Source: Picochlorum sp. SENEW3
Lineage: Eukaryota
NCBI GenBank assembly: GCA_034226945.1
Contig: CP120457.1
Coordinates: 992,001-1,056,000 of the forward strand
DNA length: 64,000 nucleotides
Direction: 5' to 3'
A program made the position numbers and the translations under genes. The notes beneath the pieces were generated by a model. That model was not told the DNA's origin. It saw only the letters and a list, made by a program, of their open reading frames with translations, and did no database searches. This document shows, in pieces, positions 1 through 11,883 of the stretch. How positions within the stretch are numbered: position 1 is the stretch's first letter; each line of letters begins with the position of its first letter.

Positions 1-208
1 GCTTTCTAAAGACTACAATAATAGTAATCCTATATATGGAGTGAGAGGTTTTTTGGGAATAGCACGAGATCAAATACAATGGCGAGCCTGTTTTATTTGT
101 ATCAAATTAAGAGTAGACGAATCTCATGGAGCCTGTTTTCCTCATCAGAAGATATCCAGGTCCATCCTATGCTGTAGAATTAAAACCTTCTATACCATTT
201 TGAACATC

Positions 209-1468
209 ATGACGTCAAAAGGGATGGGTCTTGGGATGCGTACGGGAGGGAACACCACCTCACCTCTGCTCCTGCCTAGGCCACGGTCTCTTCTGCTTCA
301 TGGTAGAAGCACCAGAACAGCGAGGACGGTCGAGACGCATGCTGGGCTGTTTGGCATGACAGGGATACGGGAGAAGGCTGCATTTCCAAAGAGGGAGATG
401 GTCTCCATGGGTCCATTCATGTCATCACCCATGGGGTTTGGTACTTGTATGTGACACAGTACATGTATGTTGGTCATATCCATGCACAGAATGTCAATCA
501 ACCATGCATCATGTGCAGGGGCATGGGGAAACAAGCTTTTATGGGGGTATACAGAAGAAGATGATGAAGAGTTGCAGAAAGTCTTCAATCTGATGGTGTC
601 CAATGGGATTAATCTCTTTGATACTGCAGATTCCTACGGGACTGGGCAGTTGAATGGAAGAAGCGAGATGTTGTTGGGCAAATTTGTCAAGGAATATCCA
701 GGCTCAACACGGGTGCGAAATCAGATTCACATAGCAACCAAGCTCGCCGCATATCCCTGGAGGCTGACGCCGAGCCAGTGGGTTGGTGCGTGTAAGAACT
801 CACTCAAGAGGATTGGTGCAGAGAAAATTTCCATGGCACAGTTGCATTGGAGTACAGCGAGGTATGCTCCTCTTCAGGAGCGACTCATGTGGGACGGATT
901 AGTTGCTATATATGAGGAAGGACTTGTTGATGCAGTGGGACTATCCAATTATGGTCCAAAACAGCTGCAACGCATCCATTCCCATCTCAGTCGGCGAGGG
1001 GTTCCCATCGCATCAGTACAGATCCAGTATAGCTTACTAAGTCGAGGGAAACTACAGGAAGAAGCTAAAGCAGCGTGCGATGATTTAAACATCGCGATGA
1101 TAGCATATAGTCCATTAGCCTTGGGCATGTTGACAGGTAGGCATGCACCTGATGATGACAGTACATATCCCTCGTTGCCAAACCCAAGAAGCCTGCTGTT
1201 CCGTCAAATCGTACCAGAGGCGGGACCTCTGTTCCAAGTCATGCGAGAGATTGGAGAGAATAGAAATAAGACAATGAGCCAAGTTGCCATCAATTGGTGC
1301 ATGTGCAAAGGAACGATACCGATCCCTGGTGCCAGGAATCTCAACCAGGCACAGTCAAACTTGGGTGCATTGGGATGGCGATTGTCAGATGGGGAATGCC
1401 GTGAATTAGAAAAAGCATCTGATATGATTCCAAAGGGTATGACCCAAAATATATTTCAAACGAGATGA
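209..1468 (+). CDS. Aldo-keto reductase, pyridoxal reductase (PLR1)-like, with N-terminal transit peptide; intron 447-518
   Basis: Splicing GTATGT(447)..TGCAG(518) yields MGFGTWAWGNKLLWGY. AKR motifs FDTADSYG, IATK, QLHW, VGLSNY, IAYSPLALG and PIPGA are present. Confidence 0.9.
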
Positions 1469-1705
1469 TGATGAAGGTGTAAGTAAAATGTAACATATAA
1501 AGATTTGACAGCCATCATGGTACTGGCCAGTGGGAAGAGTGTACAGTAGAGATCTCAACGCGCCTCGAGGCGCGTCGTTTGTGGTACACATTGCGAGCAC
1601 TTTGTATGCAGAACTACAGATTGCATTTGGTTTAATTTTGTATGTTTTACAAGTCAACATTGGTATCAGTCACTTGTATAGGGTAGGACAGTAATCTATT
1701 TCTCA

Positions 1706-3207
1706 ATGAGAGTCAGCACGTCTAGCACCATGGGTGGCGGTGGTCAATCTGTTTCAGCGGCAGCCATTGCTGTGCTGCTGCTGCTGATTTTTGGAGTACA
1801 AGGTAGACAAGTAGGTTTTCATTGAAATACTATCGTATATAAGGCACTGATGGGCGAGCACGGGCTCCAAAAGTGGTGTTGCCCCTTAGAAAAGGCTCTA
1901 GACGTGTTGTAGCTTTGACGAAAAGTTGGTGGGTGATTTTGATTTCCTTTACATTCCTCTCGTGTCTATTGCAGTTGCAACAGGAAGGAACATGGGATAG
2001 TATGGAGTTTAAAGATGACTTTGTGAGAGTGGAAGATGGAGAGTTTGTGATTGGGAAGGATTGTGCAAGCAAATTTCCTATATCTGGTTTTAATATTTGG
2101 GAAGTGGTTGAGGCTGCAAGCTTGCCTGAAGGGGGTCCAGTGGAGTTGCCAGGGAGTGGACAGTTACCGAATGATTTTGAAAGTGGTAAAGAATTTGTTA
2201 CCAAAGTGCTCGATGATGCAGTTGATGCTGGTTACACTGTTGTTAGGGCATGGGCCCATGGAGTAACGGAAGAATACCAATCCATGGATGCCAGTGGAAA
2301 TATAAATGAACGTGTCATGTCAGGACTGGATTATTTTATGGCTGAAGCATACAAACGGGGGCTAAAAGTTATATTGAGCTTTACGTCGAATTGGACGCCA
2401 GCTGGTGGAGTGGACTTTTATGCTGAAGCTGTTGGGAAAGAGCACAATGATTTCTTCTCTGATCCAGGGGCAAAAGAACTGTACAAGAAGTTTGTAGAGC
2501 AGGTGGTGACTAGAAAAAATACAATAAGGGCTACATCATACTCTGAAGATCCAACTATATTCGCATGGAATTTAATAAATGAACCAGTGTGCAGAGGATG
2601 TGAGGCTGGAACGATTGCCAGATGGGTCAATGAAATGGCTCCGTATGTCAAAGGCTTGGATTCAAACCATTTGCTCACGGTTGGAGAGGAAGGATACTAT
2701 TCAACATCTCTATCATCTGTGATGTACAACCCCATGTATGGGATTTCCGACTGGCCGCTTGAGTGGACTCAAGACTTTGTAGCAGACCATGAAAATGAAA
2801 ACATTGATTTTGCTGCATTCCATGCGTGGCCAGATAACTGGAATTGTATGGACTGCGGTCCATTGTCTCTAGAGTTTTTCAGTCGTTGGATCTCACATCA
2901 TGAAGAAAATTGCAAGATGCTTGGGAAACCGTGCCTATTAGAAGAGTTTGGGAAGGAAAATCCACAGAGAGATGAATACTATGCAATTGCCTATGATGCT
3001 GTTGATGCCTCACTGCGTGAGGGAGGTAGCCTCAAAGGCGCCTTGTTCTGGCAGTATTATTTAGAGGGCCAACAGGCGACACCAGGGGAGATTGAGGAAT
3101 TCGGTGTTGCAGGTCCTTATGGAGTTTACAAGTCCGACACGGCATTTGATATTGCAAAGGAGAATGCAAAAACGACAAAAGAACTGTACACGGGATTCGT
3201 ATGCTGA
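1706..3207 (+). CDS. Secreted GH5 endo-beta-1,4-mannanase-like glycoside hydrolase; intron 1811-1974
   Basis: Exon 1 encodes a hydrophobic signal (AAAIAVLLLLIFGVQG) and joins in frame as GRQ|LQQ. GH5 motifs VVRAWAH, AWNLINEP (acid/base), TVGEEG, FHAWPDNW, LLEEFGK (nucleophile) and LFWQ are present. Confidence 0.88.
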
Positions 3208-3601
3208 TGGTAATCTTTACTGTAAGATCAGTATTACAAAGAACTCAAAACCAGGAAATCGTGTGAGAATTGCGTTTCAGTGCAGTATTGCTTTGGATGA
3301 ACAAGATGAAAAGATGCCTCATGGACATGATGCAAGCATGATCCTCATGATCATGCATGAGGACAGAAGATCAAGACGACATGCCCAACCATTTGATTTG
3401 CTACTGGTTACTACTGAATCAATGCTATATATCTGTCTTATTAATTTATAATTGACCAATTTTTTATGGGGGTCATTCATATCCGTTGTAAAAGAAGGAA
3501 CTGTCAATCAATCCAAGGAGAATTCTACTGCCCCCAAAAAAGACAGGGAGTGTTGTTGCATGTTCTCTTGATTTTCGCTGTGCTGGATACGCTCTTTGAA
3601 T

Positions 3602-3813
3602 GACAGTGAGCCATCAATTGGTGCATGTGCAAAGGAACGATACCGATCCCTGGTGCCAGGAATCTCAACCAGGCACAGTCAAACTTGGGTGCATTGGGAT
3701 GGCGATTGTCAGATGGGGAATGCCGTGAATAAGAAAAAAGCATCTGATATGATTCCAAAGGGTATGACCCAAAATATATTTCAAACGAGATGATGATGAA
3801 GGTGTAAGTAAAA
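3602..3813 (+). pseudogene. Duplicated, disabled copy of the AKR gene 3' end (direct repeat of ~1270-1488)
   Basis: 3610-3813 is nearly identical to 1286-1488. TTA>TAA plus an extra A (gaattagaaaaagc vs gaataagaaaaaagc) and an 8-nt deletion at the 5' edge disrupt the frame. Confidence 0.92.
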
Positions 3814-3827
3814 CGTGACACACATAA

Positions 3828-5559
3828 ATGGACGTATTCTACCGGTGTTCCTTCAGACAGGGACTGAACAACCACTCGCTTTTCAATCGTTCTCATCGGC
3901 CATTGGTACGGATTAGAAATCGAAATACAATACTATGTCAATCTGTGGAAGAGGAATGCGATGTGGTGGTGATTGGATCAGGAATAGCTGGTTTATCGGC
4001 TGCAGCTTTGTTGTCGACGTATGGACAGGAGGTTGTGGTCTGTGAGTCTCACTCGGTGATTGGTGGTGCCGCACATTCTTTCAAAAGAGGCGCGTATCAC
4101 TTTGAGAGTGGTCCGTCATTGTATTCTGGGTTGAAATCAACTGGGACGAAAGCAAATCCGCTGAGTTTGGTGCTCCAAGCTGTTGGGGCAGAGCTCGAGG
4201 TGAAGGAGTACTCTACGTGGAATGTGTACTTGCCCGAAGTGCCGCAAGGGTTTCCTGCAAAGGTGGGACCTAAAGGATTTGATGAGTTGTTCCGAGTGTG
4301 TGGGACTCGGGAAACCCTTGATCAGTGGGACAGGCTGCAGGGGATTGTCAAACCTCTGAGCAAGGCAGCAACGGCTGTTCCTCCGTTGGCTATACGACTG
4401 GATCCGGGCGTGATATCGACGACGCTTGGTCGATATTTTGGTGATATCATAGGCTCTATCACGACCCTCGGTGTCCTGACCAAGCCATTTTCTGCGGTAT
4501 TGGACTCGGCTCAAGTCACTGACAGGTTTCTTATTCATTATTTGGACTTACTGTGCTTTTTGCTGAGCGGGCTGACGTCGAAGGGTACTATTACAGCAGA
4601 AGTAGCATTTATGCTTGAAGAATGGACGAATGAGAATGCGACCCTTGAGTTTCCAGTTGGCGGGAGTCAGGCTCTGGCAGATGCACTTGCTGGTGCTGTC
4701 ACTCGACGGGATGGTCGTGTGTACGTGTCAGAGCATGTGGAAGAAATTCTGATAGAAAACGAAAAAGCAGTAGGAGTGAGAACGAGAAAAGGCAAGGTGA
4801 TTCGTTGCAGGAAAGGTGTTGTGTCAAATGCGTCAACTATTGATACTTGTTCCATCTTGCCAGACCGTCTCAATTCAGCATCGACATGGTCGCAGCAGGT
4901 TGCAGAGACGCCATTAAATCCTAGTTTTATGCATCTGCATATTGGGTTCGATGCACAAGGTCTGGAGGATTTGGACATGCATCATTTAGTAGTCAATGAA
5001 TGGGACTCTGGTGTTGATTCTCAGCAGAATGTAGTTCTCATCTCGATTGCCAGTGTCGCTGATGATTCCATGGCTCCAGCAGGAAAGCATTGCTTGCATG
5101 CATACTATCCTGCGACGGAGCCTTGGGATATTTGGGAGAATCTGTCAAACAAGGAATATGAAGGCTTGAAGCAGCAGAGGTCAGAGGCTCTCTGGAAGGC
5201 TGTCGAAACTGTCATCCCAGACATTCGCAGCAGGGTGGATATATCACTCGTTGGGACTCCAAAGACGCATGCGAGATATCTTCGGAGGCATAAGGGGTCA
5301 TATGGAGCAGCATGGAGAGCAGGCAAGGAGCAATTTCCATTTGGGTCCACGCCATGGAAAGGGTTGTATTGCTGTGGTGATTTTACGTTTCCTGGTATTG
5401 GACTCCCAGCTGTACGTTGTCTTTGTGTATTTTGCGTTGTCATACGGGTCTCATGTGGTGATTGCTCTTTTGTAGGCTGCAGCATCTGGAGCCATTGCTG
5501 CAAATTCTCTTGTTCCAATCAAAAAGCATACAGAACTCCTGGATTCCATCGGAATATAG
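3828..5559 (+). CDS. FAD-dependent oxidoreductase, carotenoid isomerase/phytoene desaturase (CRTISO-like) family; intron 5412-5475
   Basis: Motifs DVVVIGSGIAGL, ESHSVIGGAAH, FESGPSL, SFMHLHIG, GTPKTH and CGDFTFPGIGLPA. The spliced last exon AAASGAIAANSL ends at TAG 5559. Confidence 0.85.
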
Positions 5560-5572
5560 TTCTATTGATTCT

Positions 5573-6984
5573 TTACACATGACTTGATATTGTATTTGAT
5601 TGCTGCCACGCTAATTTAAATGCCAGCCAGTCTTCCAGCGAGGATCGTGCAAACTTTGTGGCAAAAATTGCATCTTTTGCTGCACACCAACCAGTGACTC
5701 CATTCGTTGATCTTTCCTTCGATTGCAAATACTCTGCACGGGATGCTATCCTATCCATACTGTATGATAGAAATCGAGGATGAACAGGCAAGACTGTCGA
5801 GGGCTTTTGACCCAACTGCTTCTCTAAGAAATCCAATTTAGAATGATATGGTTCTGCTGCCGCATTTATTCGCAAACCTCCCGGATATGACGTAAGATAC
5901 CTGCTGATATCGATCGATGTCATGCCTAAATTCTGCAGTGCCTTGACATGGAGCTGAATCGTTGCCAAATTCCTTCCAAATACATCTGGAGCACTGCGAA
6001 GAGTCAGTTTGACCACATCCCTCCGTAACCCAAGATCATTCAACATATAGTGTACAATTGGCTCTATTTTCTCCTCCAAGTTATGAGACGCTATCTGAGG
6101 AAATCTTACCAGAACAAACCTCCAGTCTTCAACACTGTCTAATCCATACTTGACAAGCCACTGCCTAGCTTGCTCGAGTTTTGAAGCTGACAGCCCCACA
6201 ATGGGGGGAAATTTCCATAGAATTTTAGCAAACTCCTCTTCTTCTATGCCCAACTGACGTATATTTGCTTTTAAAGTCTCTATTTTATGAATACTAAGAA
6301 CTAATATTCTTGGAAAACGGAGCACGATAGATCGCACCTGCTCCAAGGAAAACCCCATGCTCTGCAAAAACTCAACCGTTGGTTTCACACTGGAATCTAC
6401 CGGCCTAGACAACACGTATGCATTTGATGATAAAATCTTGCCCAAATGCTTCTCTTCTATACCCAACATAGCCAAGACGCGTTCCCTATTCTCGTCAAAC
6501 GTATCAATCACTGGCCGGGAAGAACCCAAGACAAATGGCGAGTTGCGCACCAGGCGTCCCAACTGTACACCCTCAATCCCTCCCAAAATCTCCAAAATCG
6601 ACCTCACATTACTATAGTCTAGTCCTTCTGGCACATTCTTCTTATACATCTGCAGGAGAACATCATATTTCAAAGAGGAGCTTTGAACCAGGTGACACAG
6701 GCTCTTGAACAACACAACTCCCATACCTGGCCGACAGCGTTAAATCCAATCGTCTCCACAGATGTGATTATTTTATTCAATTCATTTTTACTCAGATTGG
6801 TCTGCTTCTGTAACAGATCCACGCAGGTATCAGTTGTTTCCAGTTCTCTGTCGGTTGAATACCGGGCAGTTGGAGACCAAACCCCGAGTCTATGCAGAAC
6901 AGGCTGGTCTAATCTCTGTAAAAATACCCTAGTATCCTCAAGAGCGAGCGTAACCACCCTATTCAAAAGGGCAGTAGTCCTCAT
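5573..6984 (-). CDS. mTERF family organellar protein; intron 6650-6726
   Basis: Repeated mTERF-like units (IVLRFPRIL, LVRFPQIASHNLEEKIEPIVHY, HPRFLSYSMDRI). A GTATGG..CTGCAG intron joins the two ORFs. Confidence 0.82.
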
Positions 6985-7060
6985 CGTAACTGCGTGCCTT
7001 GTTGAGACCAACGTACGTTGCTATCGCTCTTTTTGAGTCATAATTACACCTCAATCTCTT

Positions 7061-8681
7061 TTAATTATCAAGATTGAATATTTTAAACTTTCTAAAGTAT
7101 GCCTCGACGGTTGTGGATGGCGACCAAGTATCATCTGAACCTCCAAACCAAGAAGCAAAGGTGAATGCAGTTGGGTACACATCTTTGGATTTTCTATAGA
7201 CGAGTTGCTTGTACTCGATCTTCGTCTCACCATTGACATCTAGACGGATGTATCCATTGGATTTGCCGATATCGTTCATGCCGACTGCAACTCATAAACA
7301 TGAATGAGATGTTCCCTCTGGACTGTGCATTATACATACATACTCGGTGGACATGCGTACCTGTAATTGCAAGATGCACCCATTCATTTCTTGGATACTT
7401 GAAAGCGCCTCTCATGAGAGACATTCCAGCATTTGTGTTGCACCTGGTGCCAGGTGTCTCACAAAGGTCCTTAGTCCAGGTATCCTTTGGGGAATACAAG
7501 TAGATTTCTCCATCTCCATCTCTTCTCCACATCATCCTCACTGCACGTGGCATCCAATACAATTTACATACATGTCATGATGTGAATTATATGGTGCAGT
7601 GAAGCATACCTGAGAAGCAATCGTCAGCATCATCTCCTCCTCCACAGCCAGTTCTGCCACCAATTATTCCGGGAAGCTTACCTCCTTTCACCCATGGAAA
7701 GTTTTCTGGAAAGTAGACCTCGTATTCCAGTCGTACAACATCTCCGAGGGATTTTCCTTTTCCATCTGGCCATGCAAAGAACAAAACACCGCCACCACTC
7801 TTTCCTGGAGACCAACGTCCCTGCAGTACACGGAGAGTCAAACTCATGCTTGAACAAGCGCATGGCATTCCTTACTCACAAAAGCATGCCTGCGTACCTT
7901 TTCGTACATGGCTCGGACAACAGGCTCAGAGCTGTCGCATGTTGGGTTCCTGACGACATACTTGTTGTCTGCCTTGGAGTTTGTTGAGATTTCCTGGCCA
8001 AAGGATTTCAAGGTATGATCGCCTACTGTCAAGGTTGGTTCCCATATAAGTCGTCCCTCTCTATGGTATACATCTTCGGATATCATCACTCCAGATACGA
8101 TCTTATCTCGTGCGTCCCTGTACCAACCCCCTCTAGTCTTTGGGTAGCAAATCTTGGTTCTTGGAGACCATGTCCATGCACCGCACTCTGGCAAGCATGC
8201 GCATTGGCCACAACATTCCGATGCTGTAATGCCATGTCAATATCATGTGTAGTGGGTGAAGAAGACATGCCATGGATCGGTGTGACGCACAAAAAATAAA
8301 GATACACACCTGACTCTACAGATTTTATTCTCATGGTGCCATCATTCAACGTGGCGCCAACAAAGGCAGTGTTTTCCTCCATCGTACACTGCCCTATAGT
8401 ACCAGTACTCGTCACAACGGCATCAGAGCTGTATGATACTTCCAGCTTTTTGTTTCTCGGGATCGTTCTTGAAGTGTCCAAGAAGGAACCATATACTCCA
8501 CCCATTCTTCCTGGAGGCAACAACAGGGATTTGGCAATATACACAGTCAACGAGTGCCTTTATGCGACATTAGTAGCATTGTATCTAACGAACCAGTGAT
8601 AGGAAGAGGAACTTTACAGGATACATATGTTGAGCAGAAACATGATATGTAGAGCAAGGTTTGAAACATCTTTGTCGTCAT
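7061..8681 (-). CDS. Secreted PAN/apple-domain + polysaccharide lyase family 14 (alginate/glucuronan lyase-like) protein, about 6 exons
   Basis: Signal-like MTTKMFQTLLYISCFCSTYVSC. PAN-like ECCGQCACLPECGAWTW..CYPK. PL14 motifs YEVYFPENFPWVKGGKLPG, RMMWRRDGDGEIYLY, SNGYIRLDVNG and FASWFGGSDDTW. Introns near 8511-8593, 8224-8309, ~7820-7896, ~7541-7609 and ~7285-7359. Confidence 0.82.
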
Positions 8682-8864
8682 CAATGTGTCCTGAGCGTAT
8701 CAGAATCTCCTCTCTCAGAATATATCTTTTTTATTCAACCGCACCGAAGAATGGAACAATGTAAATTCCTTTTCACTAGAGAAGAACAAGACACAATGTA
8801 CATCTACCCCACGCATGCAAGCCTTGACATTGTCGAGCCTTGGGCTCTCTCACGAGGCAATACT

Positions 8865-9660
8865 CTATGCAGCTTCCTCCTCCTTCTTCACCTCCTCCTC
8901 CTTCACCTCCTCCATATCCATACCTTCCATTCCACCAGAAATCGATAAATTAAATCTAAATCTCGACAGCATCTGAGGGAGAGACGCAATCACCGGCCCA
9001 TATCTCTGAATATGGTCATATATTTCAAACAATGGCACTGCAATCAGTTTGTAATTCTTCGGAACAGAGAAATAACACTTTTCTGGCAAAGGCACCATGT
9101 ATAAATTCCTAATTTCTTTCGGGCGCTCAATATGCGGTGGCACATATGGATACATGATATTCTCAAAGTTTGGCCTATAATAGGTTCCCACACATTCCCC
9201 AATCTTCCAGTCTGTTTTCAAATGCGCTGCCTCCGGCCCTAAATTCGTATCAAGCTTTCTAATCAATCCTTCTACATCTGCACCATACCAAACATATGGT
9301 GTTTCTTACCATAACCATGCGCACACACACAACAAATGGCCATTCTTCTCACACAACACTCTCTTGTACACACACGCACATACCTCCTTCTCCTGGCCTC
9401 AAACGCCCCCCAGGGAGCTTGAAGTACGAAGTACCTACTTGAAATAATAAAACATGGGGATGCCCATGTTCATAGACTAGAACCACAGCATCAACAGAGT
9501 GCCTCACTCCTTCCTTCCCATATTTGTCTTTCAGCCTCTCCAACCTAGAAGCAACGCTATTATCACGATCTTTCTTCGCCTCCTTTGACCCAAAAGAATA
9601 ATTATTGATCGGGTATATTACAATTTCACTCTGTCCAGGATGACGGAGAGCGCTTGCCAT
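8865..9660 (-). CDS. NUDT21: Cleavage factor Im 25 kDa subunit (CFIm25, Nudix); intron 9278-9383
   Basis: Motifs IYPINNYSFGSKE, HGHPHVLLFQ, FKLPGGRLRPGE, YYRPNFE..MYPYVPPHI and LIAVPLFEIYD..RYGPVIASLPQMLSRF. Confidence 0.96.
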
Positions 9661-9994
9661 GATTCGTCTTGTCTTTCTTTTCGAGTTGCCCAAGAAAGAA
9701 CTGACGACTACTCGATCGGCAGAACTACCCCTTTATTATTGTTCTAAGAACTATCTATATTTTTTAATGAATATATTTGTATATATAGAGACGCATCAGT
9801 ATAATTCCAAAATAAAAACCATGACGACATTGAAGACAACATGAGCATCCCATCAACCAGATGTTTAATAGGACATATACATATGAGATTGATGGACATG
9901 CTTGTTCACCCATGAAACGTTCATCGTCTCCACAGTATCGGCCATCCCAGTTGTAAATCAGACTTTTATTGGACACAAGGTGATACTATTGGGT

Positions 9995-11818
9995 ATGGGG
10001 TCAAATGCCATGGAGACAGAGCATGGTCAACGCACGGAGGAATGTTTGAAACTCCTCGAGATTCGTGACAGTGACGACGATGACGATGCAACCTGCGTTA
10101 TTAAGACAAAAGAAGAAGACACTGAAGAGGACCTGCGGTATACGTGGGATAGTAGCAGCATTGGTTCAAATAAGAACGGGCAAACAGCTGTGGTGAATCC
10201 TTTGGATGGTGCCATGGATTCGCGAATCATGGAGAAGAAGAACAAAGGGAATGAATGCTTTGCAAACAAGGACTATAGAGGGGCTCTGCGGTGTTATTTG
10301 GAGGGCATCGAACTATGCAAAGAGGGAGGAAAGGAGGGCTTGGCCAATCTGCTTGCGGTGCTGAATTCCAATGCCTCTACAGCGTCATCTCGCCTGAAAA
10401 AGACTGATAATGCTATACAATATGCTGAAGAGGCGCATCGTATCTTGCCTGAGTGGACCAAGCCTTTGTCTCGACTGGCTGAACTGTATATGAACAAGGG
10501 GGACTATGTCGCTGCTCTGGATGCTTGTGAGAAGTGTGAGGGTCTGTGTCGAGCGAGTTCGACAGGGAGAACGGAATTCACGGCGCTTCATGATACAATT
10601 GTAGTGATGGGATCACAGATGGGTCAATCAGATGCGATGTTCAGAGGGAGAAGGCTTGAAGTACGGAGTGCTGGGGAAGAGGCATGGTTGGGCAAGCCTG
10701 CTCCACATGACCCTTTGCTCGATGGGCCACTGGATGAAAATACCGCGTTGCCTTCTGATGATCTTGACAAAGTTCAGGCTCCGACAGCATCGTCACAGGA
10801 AGGGTTACTGACAGATGGCACGTCTGTCAGGGGAGATGCCTTGGCTGACTGGAACTTTTCCAACACTGCAGTTGCTATACAGTCTAGACGAACGAGTTTT
10901 CGGTGCGTGAAAGAAGCATATGATGCCGCCAAGGATGGCGACAAGATTGTTCTTTTGCAAGGGACCCATAATGGATTGGGAGTGACGGTCTCGATAAAAA
11001 AGAGAATCTTGATTGAAGGTGAAGGGTATCTGGGAGAGACTGTTATTGATCAGAGAGCAAATGTGCCAACATTTAAAATCGAAAGGGGTGGTGTGGTCAT
11101 TCGCAATATTGATTTGGATCAGACAGGGTTTCGAGAAGCTATTCTCATCGATGGAGATGAGCATGTCAATCCGCTAATCGAGAACTGTGATCTTAAATGC
11201 AGTGGGGATGATTGCATTCACATTGGAGGGCGTAGCAAGCCCATTGTGCGACTCTGTAAGGTCAACGCCAAGAAGACTGGCATTAAATCTTTTGATACCT
11301 CACATCCGACTCTCCATGGATGTTTTATTGAAAAGTGTGGGACACAAGGAATAGAGATCATGGACAAGTCGGTCATGATGGCAACACGGTGCTCGATCAG
11401 TTCTTGTGAGGAGGATGGCGTGGTGGTTATGGGATGCGCCACGGGGACTCTGGTACAGTGTAAAATCAACGATAACAAGGGGCCGGGCGTCGATTGTTCC
11501 GATAATGCTGTCGTCACCCTGCGCAATTGCGATATTCATGATAATGTTGGAGGGTGCTGGGCATGGGATTCTTCAGAGGTTCATGCTGAGAGATGCAAAT
11601 TATCTGGAGGCCCAGCTCATGTTATCTTATCTGGAGGCAATGGCAAAATACACGCAACTCGTTGTGATATCAATGGTGTGGCGCATGCACCGGAAAAAGT
11701 CTGGAATGATGGCTTGCTGCATGGAAACAATTCGTTTCATGATCCAGATACAGCAGTTGACTTTCCCATTGAAGCAGGCGCATTTGTGTGGGAGCCCAGT
11801 CCATACACCAGTCTTTGA
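9995..11818 (+). CDS. TPR + right-handed parallel beta-helix domain protein
   Basis: TPRs (KNKGNECFANKDYRGALRCYLEGI...) followed by AYDAAKDGDKIVLLQGTH and repeated beta-helix strands (CxIxxCxxxG). Confidence 0.8.
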   Translation: MGSNAMETEHGQRTEECLKLLEIRDSDDDDDATCVIKTKEEDTEEDLRYTWDSSSIGSNKNGQTAVVNPLDGAMDSRIMEKKNKGNECFANKDYRGALRCYLEGIELCKEGGKEGLANLLAVLNSNASTASSRLKKTDNAIQYAEEAHRILPEWTKPLSRLAELYMNKGDYVAALDACEKCEGLCRASSTGRTEFTALHDTIVVMGSQMGQSDAMFRGRRLEVRSAGEEAWLGKPAPHDPLLDGPLDENTALPSDDLDKVQAPTASSQEGLLTDGTSVRGDALADWNFSNTAVAIQSRRTSFRCVKEAYDAAKDGDKIVLLQGTHNGLGVTVSIKKRILIEGEGYLGETVIDQRANVPTFKIERGGVVIRNIDLDQTGFREAILIDGDEHVNPLIENCDLKCSGDDCIHIGGRSKPIVRLCKVNAKKTGIKSFDTSHPTLHGCFIEKCGTQGIEIMDKSVMMATRCSISSCEEDGVVVMGCATGTLVQCKINDNKGPGVDCSDNAVVTLRNCDIHDNVGGCWAWDSSEVHAERCKLSGGPAHVILSGGNGKIHATRCDINGVAHAPEKVWNDGLLHGNNSFHDPDTAVDFPIEAGAFVWEPSPYTSL

Positions 11819-11883
11819 CAGTAGATCACTTTCAAAATTGACGATAGCATATTGATAATAATTTAAGTACAACAACAAGGCAA

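Noticed and set aside
3596..3793. 65-aa ORF ending KASDMIPKGMTQNIFQTR as a second AKR gene
   Set aside because: Frameshifted fragment of the duplicated AKR 3' end, lacking the catalytic region.
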